64,000 bases of DNA from a bacterium. GTDB taxonomy: Bacteria > UBA8248 > JACPRG01 > G963555815. The position numbers and the translations under genes were made by a program. The notes under the pieces are model-generated. The model saw nothing but the letters and a program-made list of their open reading frames with translations. It searched no databases and had not been told where the DNA came from. The stretch is taken from assembly GCA_965261595.1 (NCBI GenBank), contig CBDHDG010000006.1, forward strand, positions 992,001 to 1,056,000, written 5' to 3'. Shown here one piece after another: positions 9,198 to 19,514 of this stretch; positions within the stretch are counted from its first letter, which is position 1; every line of letters starts with the position of its first letter.

Positions 9198-11141
9198 ATG
9201 GTCAAAGACGCAAGTTTGCCTGTAGAGCGCGCTCCGGAACGGGACGCTCTCTCGCGAACCCGGGACACGAAAAAGGTGGTCGATCGCGCCCGGGATTGGA
9301 TGCTGGCGCGTCAGGATCAGGAAGAGGGTTTTTGGGTCGCCGAGCTCCAGGCGGACACAACCCTGACGTCGGACTATGTGATGTTGAGGGCCTTCCTGGG
9401 CGCCCTCGACGAAAGGATCAAGCGGAAAGCCGTCCGGCATCTGGAGATGGAACAGCTTCCCGACGGAGGCTGGAACACCTACGCGGGCGGCCCGTCGGAA
9501 ATCAACGCGACCGTCAAGGCCTACTTCGCCCTCAAGCTGGCGGGGCTCAAGCAGGACGCCCCCATGCTCCTCCGCGCCCTGGAGGCGGTCCACCGGCTGG
9601 GCGGACTCGAGCGAGCCAACCTCTTCACCAAAATCTACCTGGCGCTCCACGGACAAGTGGATTGGGAGCACATTCCATCCATGCCGGTGGAGCTCATCTT
9701 CGCGCCCAACTGGCTTTACATCAACATTTATGAGTTCTCTTACTGGACCCGGACGATCATTGTGCCGTTGTTCATCATCGCGGCCCTTAAACCGAAAAAG
9801 CAGGTCCTCCCCCCGGACGCGTTGAAGGAGCTCTACCTGAGGGGACCCTCCAAAGCGGACTGGTTTCAGAATGGAGACCGGACCTTCCTGCGCACCCTGT
9901 TCATGATCGGGGACTCCGTTCTGAAGTTCCTGGAAAAGAAGCAAATCTCCGAGATCCGGGCCCGCGCCGTCCAGAAGGCCGAAAAATGGATACTTGAGCG
10001 CCATTTCAAGACCGACGGCCTCGGGGCCATCTACCCCGCGATGGCCAACGCCATCATCGCCATGAAGGCCCTGGGGTACGACGAGAAGGAAAATCCCACC
10101 CTGGCCAAAGCCCTCCGGGATTTTGAAGACCTGGTCATCGAAGAACCGGATCATCTTCGGGTCCAGCCCTGCGTATCGCCCGTCTGGGACACCGCCCTCG
10201 CTTGTTACGCCTTGCGGGAAGCCGGGGTCTCCGGCGAGCATCCGGCCCTGGTGAAGGCCGCCAACTGGCTCCTGGACAAACAAACCCGCACCAAGGGCGA
10301 CTGGCAGGTCAAGGGAAACGGCATGCAGGCGGGGGGCTGGTATTTTCAGTTTCAGAACGAGTACTACCCCGACAACGACGACACCAGCGCCGTTCTGATA
10401 GGTCTTCAAAAAATCGACGTCCGTGACGAAAAACGCAAGGCCGAGGCCATCGATCGGGGCCTCCAGTGGGTTCTCCACATGCAGTGCAAGGACGGCGGTT
10501 GGAGCGCCTTCGAGCGAAACGTCAACAAGGTCATTCTGAACAGCATCCCCTACGCCGATCACGGCGCGGTCCTGGACCCCAGCACGTCCGACCTGACGGG
10601 CAGGGTCCTGGAGCTGCTGGGGCGGTTCGGCCACAACAGGACAAGCCCCGCCGTGCGCCGGGCCGTCCGGTTCCTGAAAAAAGAGCAGGAGTACGACGGA
10701 TGCTGGTACGGGCGTTGGGGCGTCAATTACATCTACGGCACCTATCTGGTCCTTCAAGGCCTTGCCAGCGTGAAAGCGGACATGACCGCCCCTTACCTCA
10801 GGAAGGCCGTCCGGTGGCTGATGGATCACCAGAACGAAGACGGGGGCTGGGGCGAAACGATCGCGTCGTACGAAAATCCCGACCTGCGCGGGCAGGGACC
10901 GAGCACGCCCTCCCAAACCGCCTGGGCGATCACCGGACTGATGGCCGCCGGGGAGATCCAACATCCGGCCGTATCGCGGGGCGTCGATTTCCTCCTGGAC
11001 CGACAAACACACGATGGGACCTGGGAAGAAGAAGAATGGACGGGCACGGGCTTCCCCAAGGTCTTTTATCTGCGGTATCACTTCTATCGCCATTACTTCC
11101 CCCTCGCGGCCCTCGGACGCTATCACCGCCTCACCGCTTGA
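9198..11141 (+). CDS. shc: Squalene-hopene cyclase
   Basis: PDNDDT (DxDD) catalytic motif, QW repeats, SPVWDT, GTGFP. Confidence 0.96.
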   Translation: MVKDASLPVERAPERDALSRTRDTKKVVDRARDWMLARQDQEEGFWVAELQADTTLTSDYVMLRAFLGALDERIKRKAVRHLEMEQLPDGGWNTYAGGPSEINATVKAYFALKLAGLKQDAPMLLRALEAVHRLGGLERANLFTKIYLALHGQVDWEHIPSMPVELIFAPNWLYINIYEFSYWTRTIIVPLFIIAALKPKKQVLPPDALKELYLRGPSKADWFQNGDRTFLRTLFMIGDSVLKFLEKKQISEIRARAVQKAEKWILERHFKTDGLGAIYPAMANAIIAMKALGYDEKENPTLAKALRDFEDLVIEEPDHLRVQPCVSPVWDTALACYALREAGVSGEHPALVKAANWLLDKQTRTKGDWQVKGNGMQAGGWYFQFQNEYYPDNDDTSAVLIGLQKIDVRDEKRKAEAIDRGLQWVLHMQCKDGGWSAFERNVNKVILNSIPYADHGAVLDPSTSDLTGRVLELLGRFGHNRTSPAVRRAVRFLKKEQEYDGCWYGRWGVNYIYGTYLVLQGLASVKADMTAPYLRKAVRWLMDHQNEDGGWGETIASYENPDLRGQGPSTPSQTAWAITGLMAAGEIQHPAVSRGVDFLLDRQTHDGTWEEEEWTGTGFPKVFYLRYHFYRHYFPLAALGRYHRLTA

Positions 11142-11156
11142 ATCGAAGGTCTACCG

Positions 11157-11921
11157 GTGGCGCCGACCCCCCCCCCCCAGCCCGCGACGCCCCTCATCGG
11201 AATCCTCTCCGCTTTCCGAACGGAGGTGTCCACCCTCGCCGGAAGCCTGACCTCTCCCGGCAGGCTCCTCATCGGCGGAAGAAGGGCCTGGCGGGGGCGA
11301 CTCGGACGCCTCGGCCTCATCGTCCTTCCCGGAGGCATGGGCGGGGAGAAGGCGGCGGCGGCCTCCAGGGCCCTGCTCGACCGGGGCGTATCGGCGCTCC
11401 TTTGCGTCGGAGCGGCCGGCGCCCTGGACGACCGGCTCCAAGTGGGAGACATCGTTATCGCGGAGTGGGTGGTCTCGGCGGGCGACCCCGCGTCGCGCAG
11501 GTCATGCGACCCCGCCATGGCCGACAGGGCCAAAAGGATCGCGGCCGAAGGGGGGGGGGGATTCGGAACGTTCGCGGGCGGGCTGGCCGGCGCGGCTGAG
11601 CCCGCAACGACCCCCGGCGAGAAAGCGCGATTGCGGGCCGCCACCGGCGCGCTGGCCGTGGATCTGGAGAGCGCGGCGGCGGCCGAAGCGGCCGGCGGCG
11701 TCCCGTTCCTGGCCATCCGGGTCATCACCGACGATTCCCGGACCACACTCCCCGACTTCCGCTCCGGCTGGAAAAAACCCGCCAGGCTGCTCAAGGACGG
11801 GGCGGGGTTTGTCGGGCGGATCGCGTCGATGCGCCGGGCCCTTCGCACGCATCAGGAATTCCTGCGCCTCTTCCTCGACCGCCTCGCTTCCGCCAACAAC
11901 GGCCCGACGCCCGGCGCATAA
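11157..11921 (+). CDS. Nucleoside phosphorylase-like protein (HpnG-like)
   Basis: GGMG, VGAAGAL, AVDLES, IRVITD; lies directly after shc. Confidence 0.75.
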   Translation: MAPTPPPQPATPLIGILSAFRTEVSTLAGSLTSPGRLLIGGRRAWRGRLGRLGLIVLPGGMGGEKAAAASRALLDRGVSALLCVGAAGALDDRLQVGDIVIAEWVVSAGDPASRRSCDPAMADRAKRIAAEGGGGFGTFAGGLAGAAEPATTPGEKARLRAATGALAVDLESAAAAEAAGGVPFLAIRVITDDSRTTLPDFRSGWKKPARLLKDGAGFVGRIASMRRALRTHQEFLRLFLDRLASANNGPTPGA

Positions 11922-12012
11922 CCACGCGGCGGCTCATGAAGGGGGCGGCGATGGAAAGATTGGACACTTCGGGCGGGCTCCGCCAGACCGCCGAACCACT
12001 TCCGCGGCGGCT

Positions 12013-12041
12013 TTGACAGAGCGGAAGGGGTCCCCTAAAGT
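12013..12041 (+). promoter_or_regulatory. Candidate sigma70 promoter for the Rieske oxygenase gene
   Basis: TTGACA-N17-TAAAGT. Confidence 0.6.
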
Positions 12042-12232
12042 GAGGCTTGCGGAGACCATCTTCCGGCCCATTCGGCGTTATTCGGGACGCCCGCCTCGCT
12101 GATCCAACCGGGTGTCGGGGGAGGGGGGGGGAGAGGGGGACGCACTCCTCCGCATCAGGTGTGGACCCCAGGGGGAAACCGAAAACCCGGCGCCGTCAAT
12201 CCGACCGACGCCGATTCACGGAGTATGGATGA

Positions 12233-13216
12233 ATGGCAAAGAGAACAGAAAAACGGGAAGGCGCCCTCTGGCCCGCGCTGAGAGAATACTGGCATCCGGT
12301 GGCCTTCGCGGACGAGCTCAAGGACGATAAACCCCTGGCGGTCACGCTTCTGGACGAGCGCCTGGCCATCTGCCGGCTGGGCGGCAAGCCGCGGGCGTTC
12401 TATGACCTTTGCGTCCACCGGGGGACCCCCATCTCCCTGGGATGGGTCGAAGGGGAGAGCGTCGTCTGCGCCTACCACGGCTGGGCCTACGACAGCGGGG
12501 GTCAATGCACGCGCATCCCCTCGGTTCCCGATGGACACCCCATTCCGAAAAAGGCCTGCCTGACCTCATTCCTCTGCGAGGAGAAGTACGGCATCATCTG
12601 GGTCTGCATGTCGGAGAAACCCAAGACGCCCATCGCCGATTATCCGGAGTTCGACGATGGCGACTACGACGTTTTCGTCAAAGACAAGGACACGTGGGAT
12701 TGCAGCTCCGCCCGGGCCATCGAGAACTTCGTCGACCAGGCCCACTTTCCCTGGGTTCACGAGGGGATTCTGGGGGACCGCGAGCATACCGTCACGCCGG
12801 AAATCGAGCTCGAGCGGGACGGCGAGGCGCTTCTCATCCGACGTCAGGACCTCCCCACCAAGTTCCACCCAGTGCCCCACGTCCGCAATTACCGCCTCAC
12901 GCGGCCCTTCACCATCTACCAAAGGAAAGAAGAGGACAACGGCAACGCCGAGTGCTTCTATTTCGTCGTGACCCCCCATTCGGCCAAGAAAACCACTTGG
13001 TACTTCTTGATCGCCCGGAACTTCGACCCGGAGGCGATGGGCGTCCAGGGGGAAGAGCACTTTTACCGGACCATCCTCGAGCAGGACCTGGTCATTCTGA
13101 AAGAGCAACGGCCGGAGGAGCTGCCCCTCGACCTGAGCGAAGATCTCCACATCAAAGGACCGGACGCGGTGGCCTTGGCCTACCGAAGACTCCTGGCGGA
13201 ATTGGACGTCGAGTAA
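12233..13216 (+). CDS. Rieske non-heme iron oxygenase alpha subunit (VanA/N-demethylase-like)
   Basis: CVHRG..CAYHG Rieske ligands; ENFVDQAHFPWVH mononuclear Fe motif; EQD. Confidence 0.9.
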   Translation: MAKRTEKREGALWPALREYWHPVAFADELKDDKPLAVTLLDERLAICRLGGKPRAFYDLCVHRGTPISLGWVEGESVVCAYHGWAYDSGGQCTRIPSVPDGHPIPKKACLTSFLCEEKYGIIWVCMSEKPKTPIADYPEFDDGDYDVFVKDKDTWDCSSARAIENFVDQAHFPWVHEGILGDREHTVTPEIELERDGEALLIRRQDLPTKFHPVPHVRNYRLTRPFTIYQRKEEDNGNAECFYFVVTPHSAKKTTWYFLIARNFDPEAMGVQGEEHFYRTILEQDLVILKEQRPEELPLDLSEDLHIKGPDAVALAYRRLLAELDVE

Positions 13217-13372
13217 TAAGCCGGTGTGATGGGTCCGGCGAAATGCCCCGAAGCGTCCCGAACCGGGCGGACTCCCCCCCCCGTGTCGGCCCGTCATCCA
13301 TGACGAAGTGATGAGGTCGTGGGGACACGGGCTGCGCCCCCCCCTTCCCGCCTCTGCGGGTCTTCTTGGGAT

Positions 13373-15631
13373 TCAACCGGGTCGGATGATCTTGTCGGAG
13401 GTCAACGGAAGGTCCCGGACGCGGACCCCGGTGGCGTGATAGACGGCGTTGGCGACCGCGGCGGCCGTGGGGTTGATGGGCGCTTCGGAGCACCCCTTGG
13501 CCCCGTACGGGCCGATGGGGTCGTTGGACTCGATGAGGATCGAGTGGACCTTGGGGGAAAACTCGGCGTTGGGGAGTGAATAATCGGCCAGGCTGCCGTT
13601 CACCGCTTGGCCTTCGGCGTATTGCAACCCCTCGGTGACGGCGTAGCCGAGCCCCTGGATCACCGCGCCGTGCACCTGCCCGTCCGCCGTCAGGGGATTC
13701 AGGACGAACCCCACGTCGTCGGCCGCCCAGATGTCCAGCACCTCCACCTGGCCGGTCTGCATGTCCACTTCCACTTCAACCGCCTGGGCGGTGAACTCGT
13801 AAGCGGGGGCGAAGTTCCCGTACAGCCCCTTGTCGAGGACAAAATCGTTCGGGGCATCGTAGACGCCGTGACCGACGACGGGCTTTCCGTTCTTCCGGAA
13901 CAGGCCGGACGCGACCGTGTCGGCGACGGAGACCCTACGGTCGGGGGCGTTCTCGACGAAGACGAAGCCGTCCCGCATGCTCAGATCCTCGGGGCGGGCC
14001 TCGAGTTGTTCGGCCGCCCCTTCGAGAATCTGCCGCCGCGCGTCCTGCGCCGCAATGCGCGCCGCGTTCCCGCCGATCACCGTGAGCCGGCTCGCGTACG
14101 CCCCGAAGCTGTAGGGGCTCGTGTCCGTGTCGGCCGCGGATATCACCACGTCCCGGACGGACATGCCCAGCTCCTCGGCGACAATCTGGGTGAGGACCGT
14201 TTTGGCCCCCTGGCCGATGTCTCCCTCCCCGCATATCAGCACCGCGCCGCCGTCCTCGTTGATCCTTACGTCCATGCACGCCCCGTCCCAATCCCCGTAA
14301 ACGCGGGCGCCGCTGGTGTGGATGGCGCAGGCCAGACCGATCCCTCGCCGCTTGGCGCCGGTCCCGGCCGCGGCCCGCTTGGCATCCCAGCCGCAATCGT
14401 CGAGGACCCTCCGGATGCACCGCTCCATCTCGCAGGACTCGATCTTCCATCCGTGCACGGTGGTGTCGCCGACCCGGGTGCAGTTTCTGAGCCGCAGCTC
14501 GGCCGGGTCCAGGCCGGCGACTTCGGCCAGGGCGTCGAGGTGCTGTTCCAGCGCGAAGCCCATCTGCGGGTTCCCGTATCCGCGAAAGGCGCCCTTCGGC
14601 GTGGTGTGGGTGTAGACGAGCAGACCCTCGGTGTGGAGGTTCTTTTGCCGGTAATGGTTGTCCATCCGCATGATGCCGGCCCCGAGAATCCCGAGACACT
14701 TGCCGACGTAGCACCCCGTATCGGCCACGACCCGGCATTCCTTCGCGGTGATTTTCCCGTCCCGCTTGATCCCCATTTTGAGGTCGATCTTCATCGGGAC
14801 GCGGGGGCGTCCGGCCTGGAACTCTTCGAGACGGGTGTTCACCAGCTTCACGGGGGCGTCGGCCTTTCGGGCGAGCAGCGAGGCGATCATCGTCAGCGGC
14901 TCGTCCACGTACTTCCCGCCGAACGCGCCGCCCACGGCCGACTGGATCACCCGGACCTTCGACAGGGGGACGCCGATGGCCTTGGCGATCTTCTTGCGGG
15001 CGTAAAAGATGGCCTGGCAGGGCGTCCAGACTGTCAGGCGGCCTTCCCGGTCCCACCGGGACAACGCCCCGATGGGCTCCATGTAGGCCTGGGAGACGAC
15101 TGAGGTCCGGTAGGTTTCCTCCAGGACCACGTCCGCCTCGCGAAAGCCTCCGGCGGGATCGCCGCGCGTGAATTCAATCGGCGCGGCCAGGTTGCCGGAT
15201 TCGTGAACCTTCGGCGCGTCCGGCGCCAGCGCGGCCTCGGTGTCCAGAACGGCGGGAAGGGGCTCATACTCCACATCGATCAATCCCAGCGCGTCCAGGG
15301 CCGCGGCCTCGTCCACCGCCGCGACGGCCGCCACTTCGTGGCCCACGAACAGGGCGCGGTAGATCGCCAGCGTTGTCTGATCGTCGATGACCGATCCCCA
15401 CAGAATGGGAGGGACGTCCCGGCCGGTCAGGACCGCCTTGACCCCCGGAAGGCCGAGGGCGCGGGCCACATCGAGATGAACGATGCGCGCATGCGCATAG
15501 GGACTCCTGAGCACCTTGGCGTGAAGCATCCGCGGAAGCGTCATGTCCGCCACGTATTCGAGCGCCCCCGTGACCTTGTGGGGCGCATCGACCATCGGCG
15601 TCGATTTTCCGATCACTGAATATTCAGGCAT
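13373..15631 (-). CDS. Xanthine dehydrogenase-family molybdopterin-binding large subunit
   Basis: LRSPYAHA, VGGAFGGK, AFRGYG, DIGQG, GAKGCSE. Confidence 0.93.
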   Translation of the reverse strand: MPEYSVIGKSTPMVDAPHKVTGALEYVADMTLPRMLHAKVLRSPYAHARIVHLDVARALGLPGVKAVLTGRDVPPILWGSVIDDQTTLAIYRALFVGHEVAAVAAVDEAAALDALGLIDVEYEPLPAVLDTEAALAPDAPKVHESGNLAAPIEFTRGDPAGGFREADVVLEETYRTSVVSQAYMEPIGALSRWDREGRLTVWTPCQAIFYARKKIAKAIGVPLSKVRVIQSAVGGAFGGKYVDEPLTMIASLLARKADAPVKLVNTRLEEFQAGRPRVPMKIDLKMGIKRDGKITAKECRVVADTGCYVGKCLGILGAGIMRMDNHYRQKNLHTEGLLVYTHTTPKGAFRGYGNPQMGFALEQHLDALAEVAGLDPAELRLRNCTRVGDTTVHGWKIESCEMERCIRRVLDDCGWDAKRAAAGTGAKRRGIGLACAIHTSGARVYGDWDGACMDVRINEDGGAVLICGEGDIGQGAKTVLTQIVAEELGMSVRDVVISAADTDTSPYSFGAYASRLTVIGGNAARIAAQDARRQILEGAAEQLEARPEDLSMRDGFVFVENAPDRRVSVADTVASGLFRKNGKPVVGHGVYDAPNDFVLDKGLYGNFAPAYEFTAQAVEVEVDMQTGQVEVLDIWAADDVGFVLNPLTADGQVHGAVIQGLGYAVTEGLQYAEGQAVNGSLADYSLPNAEFSPKVHSILIESNDPIGPYGAKGCSEAPINPTAAAVANAVYHATGVRVRDLPLTSDKIIRPG

Positions 15632-15765
15632 GGCTTCTTCCCACGCGGCGTGATTCCAACCGCCCCGCCGCAAAGACGCGACCTTCTGACGCAATCCCGG
15701 TTGCAACCGGAACCATTTCAAGGGTAACGAACCGCCGGAATTCCGTCAACAACGGATTCGACAAC

Positions 15766-16680
15766 GGTGATGTACCGTTTTGTGTGTAGAAAGTGTTTTC
15801 GGGCAAAAAGAGAGGGTGTACTCTTCCTGGGAGCAAGAAACCCATTTTGGAGGAGCACACCCAATGCAACCGAAGTTGCTTTTTGGGGATAAGGATTTGG
15901 GCCGGGCATTTCAAGAGCTGAATGAGAGGTGGGAGGTGGAGTTGCCCATCGAGGCGAGCCTGAAAGGGTTTTTGGAGGGCCTGATGGCCGAGGAGCGGGC
16001 CGTCTACCTGGCGGCCGGGTTCCGGGAGCGCACGCCCAAGCGGCGCGACTGGGCCAACGGCCACTACGTCCGGGACCTGGGGGACCGAGGGGGGGCTGAT
16101 CCGCGCCCTGCGTGTGCCCCGGGTTCGCGGCGGCGGCTTTCAGAGCCGGGCGTTCGCGCTACCGGCGCCGCCGGGCGGTGGTGGACCGCACGCTTCGCGA
16201 TTGCTTCCTGGCCGGGGTGTCCACCCGCCGGGTGGGGGCGTGCGTGAAGGGGTTGTTGGGTGAAGCGGTGAGCGCCTCCACCGTCTCGCGGGTGTGCACG
16301 GCGCTCAGCCGAGACGTTGCGGCGTTCCACGACCGCCCTTTGAGCGACCACTACCGTTGTGTGTTCCTGGATGGCCTGGCTTTCAAGGTGCGCGGGGCGT
16401 CGAGAAGCCGGCGCAAGGTCCTTTTGTGCGCGATGGGCGTCACACTCGCGGGCCGGCGGGAGATCATCGACTTCCGTCTGGCCGACTCGGAGAGCGAGGC
16501 CACGTGGACGAAGTTCCTCGACGACCTCTACCACCGGGGGCTTTTGGGTCACTCCCTTCGCCTCATCATCACCGACGGCAACCCGGGGCTGTTGGCGGCG
16601 CTGGAGGTGGTCTACCCCTTCACGCCCCATCAGCGGTGCTGATTTCATAAGATGGAAAACATGGTTAAAATATCTCACCT
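15766..16680 (+). pseudogene. IS256-family transposase remnant (frameshift near 16080, TGA at 16640, 3' part missing)
   Basis: Terminal GGTGATGTACCGTTTTGTGTGTAGAA; NGHY.RDL, GVSTR, LDG, ITDG, QRC*FHKMEN. Confidence 0.85.
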
Positions 16681-16878
16681 CGCCAATGGTGCGACCGAGA
16701 ACGCTGTGATGAGATAAAGTGTTGTAAACATTGAATTTATTTTTCATTATCCCGACTCTTGCTCCTTGCATTCCCGCAACGCTTGTGCTCAAATACGCAC
16801 CGATTTGATGCAGCGTGTGTTCTATTTGATTACGGAATTGCATACCGAATCACCATAGAACAAAGGCAAGGAGCGACC

Positions 16879-19503
16879 ATGCCCAGAAGGAGCGAGCTCA
16901 GGATCACCAAACGCACCGTGGATGCACTCACCGTCGATGCCAAGGATGGCGTCTTCTGGGACCGGGACCTGGCGGGCTTCGGGGTGCGGGTCCATGCCAC
17001 GGGTCGCAAGGTCTACGTAGTGCAGTCCCGGGGGCCGGCCGGACCGAAGCGAGTGACCCTCGGACGGCATGGGGACATGTCGACCGAGGAGGCGAGGAAG
17101 CGGGCGGCTGTGGTCATCGACCGCATCAAGCGGGGGGAGGACCCCGTGCCCGCGCCGCCCGAGCCGGAGCTCACGTTGGCCGAACTGTCCGAACGGTTCC
17201 TGCGCACCCATGTCAAAGCCGAGCACCGTTGCAACGTACCGGAGCGTGCTCGACAAGCACATTCTTCCCACCCTGGGCGCGATGTCAATCAACGAGGTAG
17301 GACGAAGAGAGATTTCCGCGCTGCATCACCGGCTTCGTGACACGCCTGCAATGGCCAACCGGACGGTCAAGGTTCTGTCGAGAATGTTCTCGTTGGCGGA
17401 AGCCTGGGAAAGACTGCCGCCCGGCCGGAATCCGTGCCGGTCGGTGCGCCGCTACAAGGAGAGGTCGTGCGAGCGGTTTCTGACGCCGGAGGAGTTCCGG
17501 CGGCTGGGCCGTGTGTTGAGGGACGCGGAAACGGACGGCTCGGTGTGGCCGCCGGTGATTGCGGCGCTCCGGCTGCTGCTGCTGACCGGATGCCGGAAGA
17601 GCGAGATCCTGACGTTGCGCTGGGACGACGTGGACCGCACGGCGGGCGAGTTGAGGCTCAGGGACGCCAAGTCGGGTCCGCGCATGGCGCCCCTAACCGG
17701 GCACGTGCTGAGAGTGCTTAACGGCATTCCCCGTATCGAAGGCACTCCCTGGGTGCTTGTCGGACAAAGGCCGGGGACCGGTCTGACGAACCTCGACCAC
17801 TACTGGCAACCCATCCGGGCGCAGGCCGGCTTGGATGACGTCCGGATTCACGACATCCGGCACAGCTATGCATCGAGGGCCCTGGCGCTGAGCCTGTCCC
17901 ATTCATAGTTGCAGGTTGAGAAAAAGAGGTGGCGGTTCACTCCTGCCGACTCGGTTAGAATCGGGTTGGCAAACATTCAAAGAGGAGGAACCGCCATGAG
18001 TGAAGCTTACCAGATCATCGAGAAGAAAGAGACCCAAAGGTTGGCCGCCTTTGTGGCGGAGCACGGGCAGGCGTTTTTTCCTCTGGTGTCGCTGGTGGAG
18101 CAGTCCCAACTGGCGGTGGAGGACCTGATGGACGTCATGGGCCGGGCGGGCCTGGAGGCCGTGCTTTTGCTGTCGGCCAAGGGCTTGACGGGCGCGCCGC
18201 ATCCAGGCAAGCGGGGTGGCGAGGTCCGCCGGCACGGCAGCCAGGGGGGCCGGGTGACCCTGAAGGGGCGCAAGCTGAAGGTGAGAAAGCCGCGGCTTCG
18301 CCGCCGGGGCCAGGGTCGGGGCGGGGAGGTGGAGGTGCCGGCGTATGCGGCCATGCAGGCCGACCCCGGGCTGGGGGAGCGGATGCTGGATTTGCTGATG
18401 CGAGGGGTCTCGACGCGGAACTACGCGGCCGTTCTTCCCGAGCTGGCCGAGACGGTGGGGGTGTCGAAGTCGGCCGTGAGCCGGGAGAGCATCGAGGCGG
18501 CCGAGGCGGAGCTGCGGCGTCTTTGTGAGCGGCGTTTTGACGACATCGACCTCCTCATCCTCTACCTGGACGGTCTGCGCTTCGGCGCGCATCACGTCAT
18601 CGTGGCCGTTGGGGTGGACACACGGGGCCAAAAGCACGTTCTGGGCCTGAGGTCGGGCGCCACCGAGAACGCCACGGTCGTGACGGCGCTTCTTGAGGAG
18701 TTGGTGGAGCGCGGCGTGCGGCCCGGGCGGCGTCGGCTTTTCGTCATCGACGGCTCGAGGGCGCTTCGTGCGGCGATTGACCGGGTGTACGGGGACGACA
18801 ATCCGGTGCAGCGGTGCCGCAACCACAAGGTGAAGAACGTGATGGACCACCTGCCCGAGGAGTTGAAGGACCCGGTGAAGGCGACGATGAAGGCGGCCTG
18901 GCGGCTGGCGCCGAAGGAGGGGATTGCCCGTCTGCGCAAGCAGGCCCGGTGGCTTCAGATCGAGCATCCGGACGCGGCCGCCAGCCTTTTGGAGGGTCTG
19001 GAGGAGATCTTCACCGTCAACCGCTTGGCTCTTCCGCCCGGCCTTCGGCGCTGCCTGGTGAGCACGAACCTGATCGAGAGTCCCTGTTCGGGGGTGCGGA
19101 TGCGCACCCGGCGCGTCGGCCGCTGGCGGGACGGGGCGATGGTGAAAAGGTGGGCCGCTTCCGCCTTCCTCGCCACCGAGAAGAACTTCCGTCGCCTGGA
19201 CGGCTACCGGGACCTGTGGATCCTGAAGGCCGTTCTGGACGAGCCCCGCTTTGACACCCGAGAGGAGGTCGCATAAGGTGAACCACACACGGACCGCCGC
19301 CTCAAACCTTCAACTGAATTCGGGACACCCTCCTGGCGCTGGGCGAGAGCCTGCCCACGATCGGCAAGCTGCTCGGTCACAGTCAAGTATCAACGACAGC
19401 ACGTTATGCGCACTTGATGCGGGATGCGGAGAAGGAAGCCGCGACCCGGGTGGGCGACAGCATCGGCGCCCACATCGGACCGCGGAGCACCGAGGCGGCA
19501 TGA
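16879..19503 (+). pseudogene. Tyrosine integrase A1 (arm-binding DUF4102 domain plus catalytic domain); frameshift near 17220 and split by IS256
   Basis: WDRDLAGFGVRV, TGCRKSE and HDIRH; after the IS the frame resumes as GESLPTIGKLLGH..TTARYAH to TGA at 19503. Confidence 0.9.
17890..19332 (+). mobile_element. IS256-family element with intact transposase (17996-19276)
   Basis: Imperfect ~31-bp terminal inverted repeats; 8-bp TSD CTGGCGCT (17882-89 and 19333-40); LDG, VIDG, QRCRNHK, STNLIES. Confidence 0.93.
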
Positions 19504-19514
19504 GGCTGGATGAC

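Noticed and set aside
9159..11126. Long antisense or alternate-frame ORFs (here and at e.g. 46062-48119, 57812-59353, 17903-19288)
   Set aside because: Shadow ORFs of high-GC genes with no motifs.
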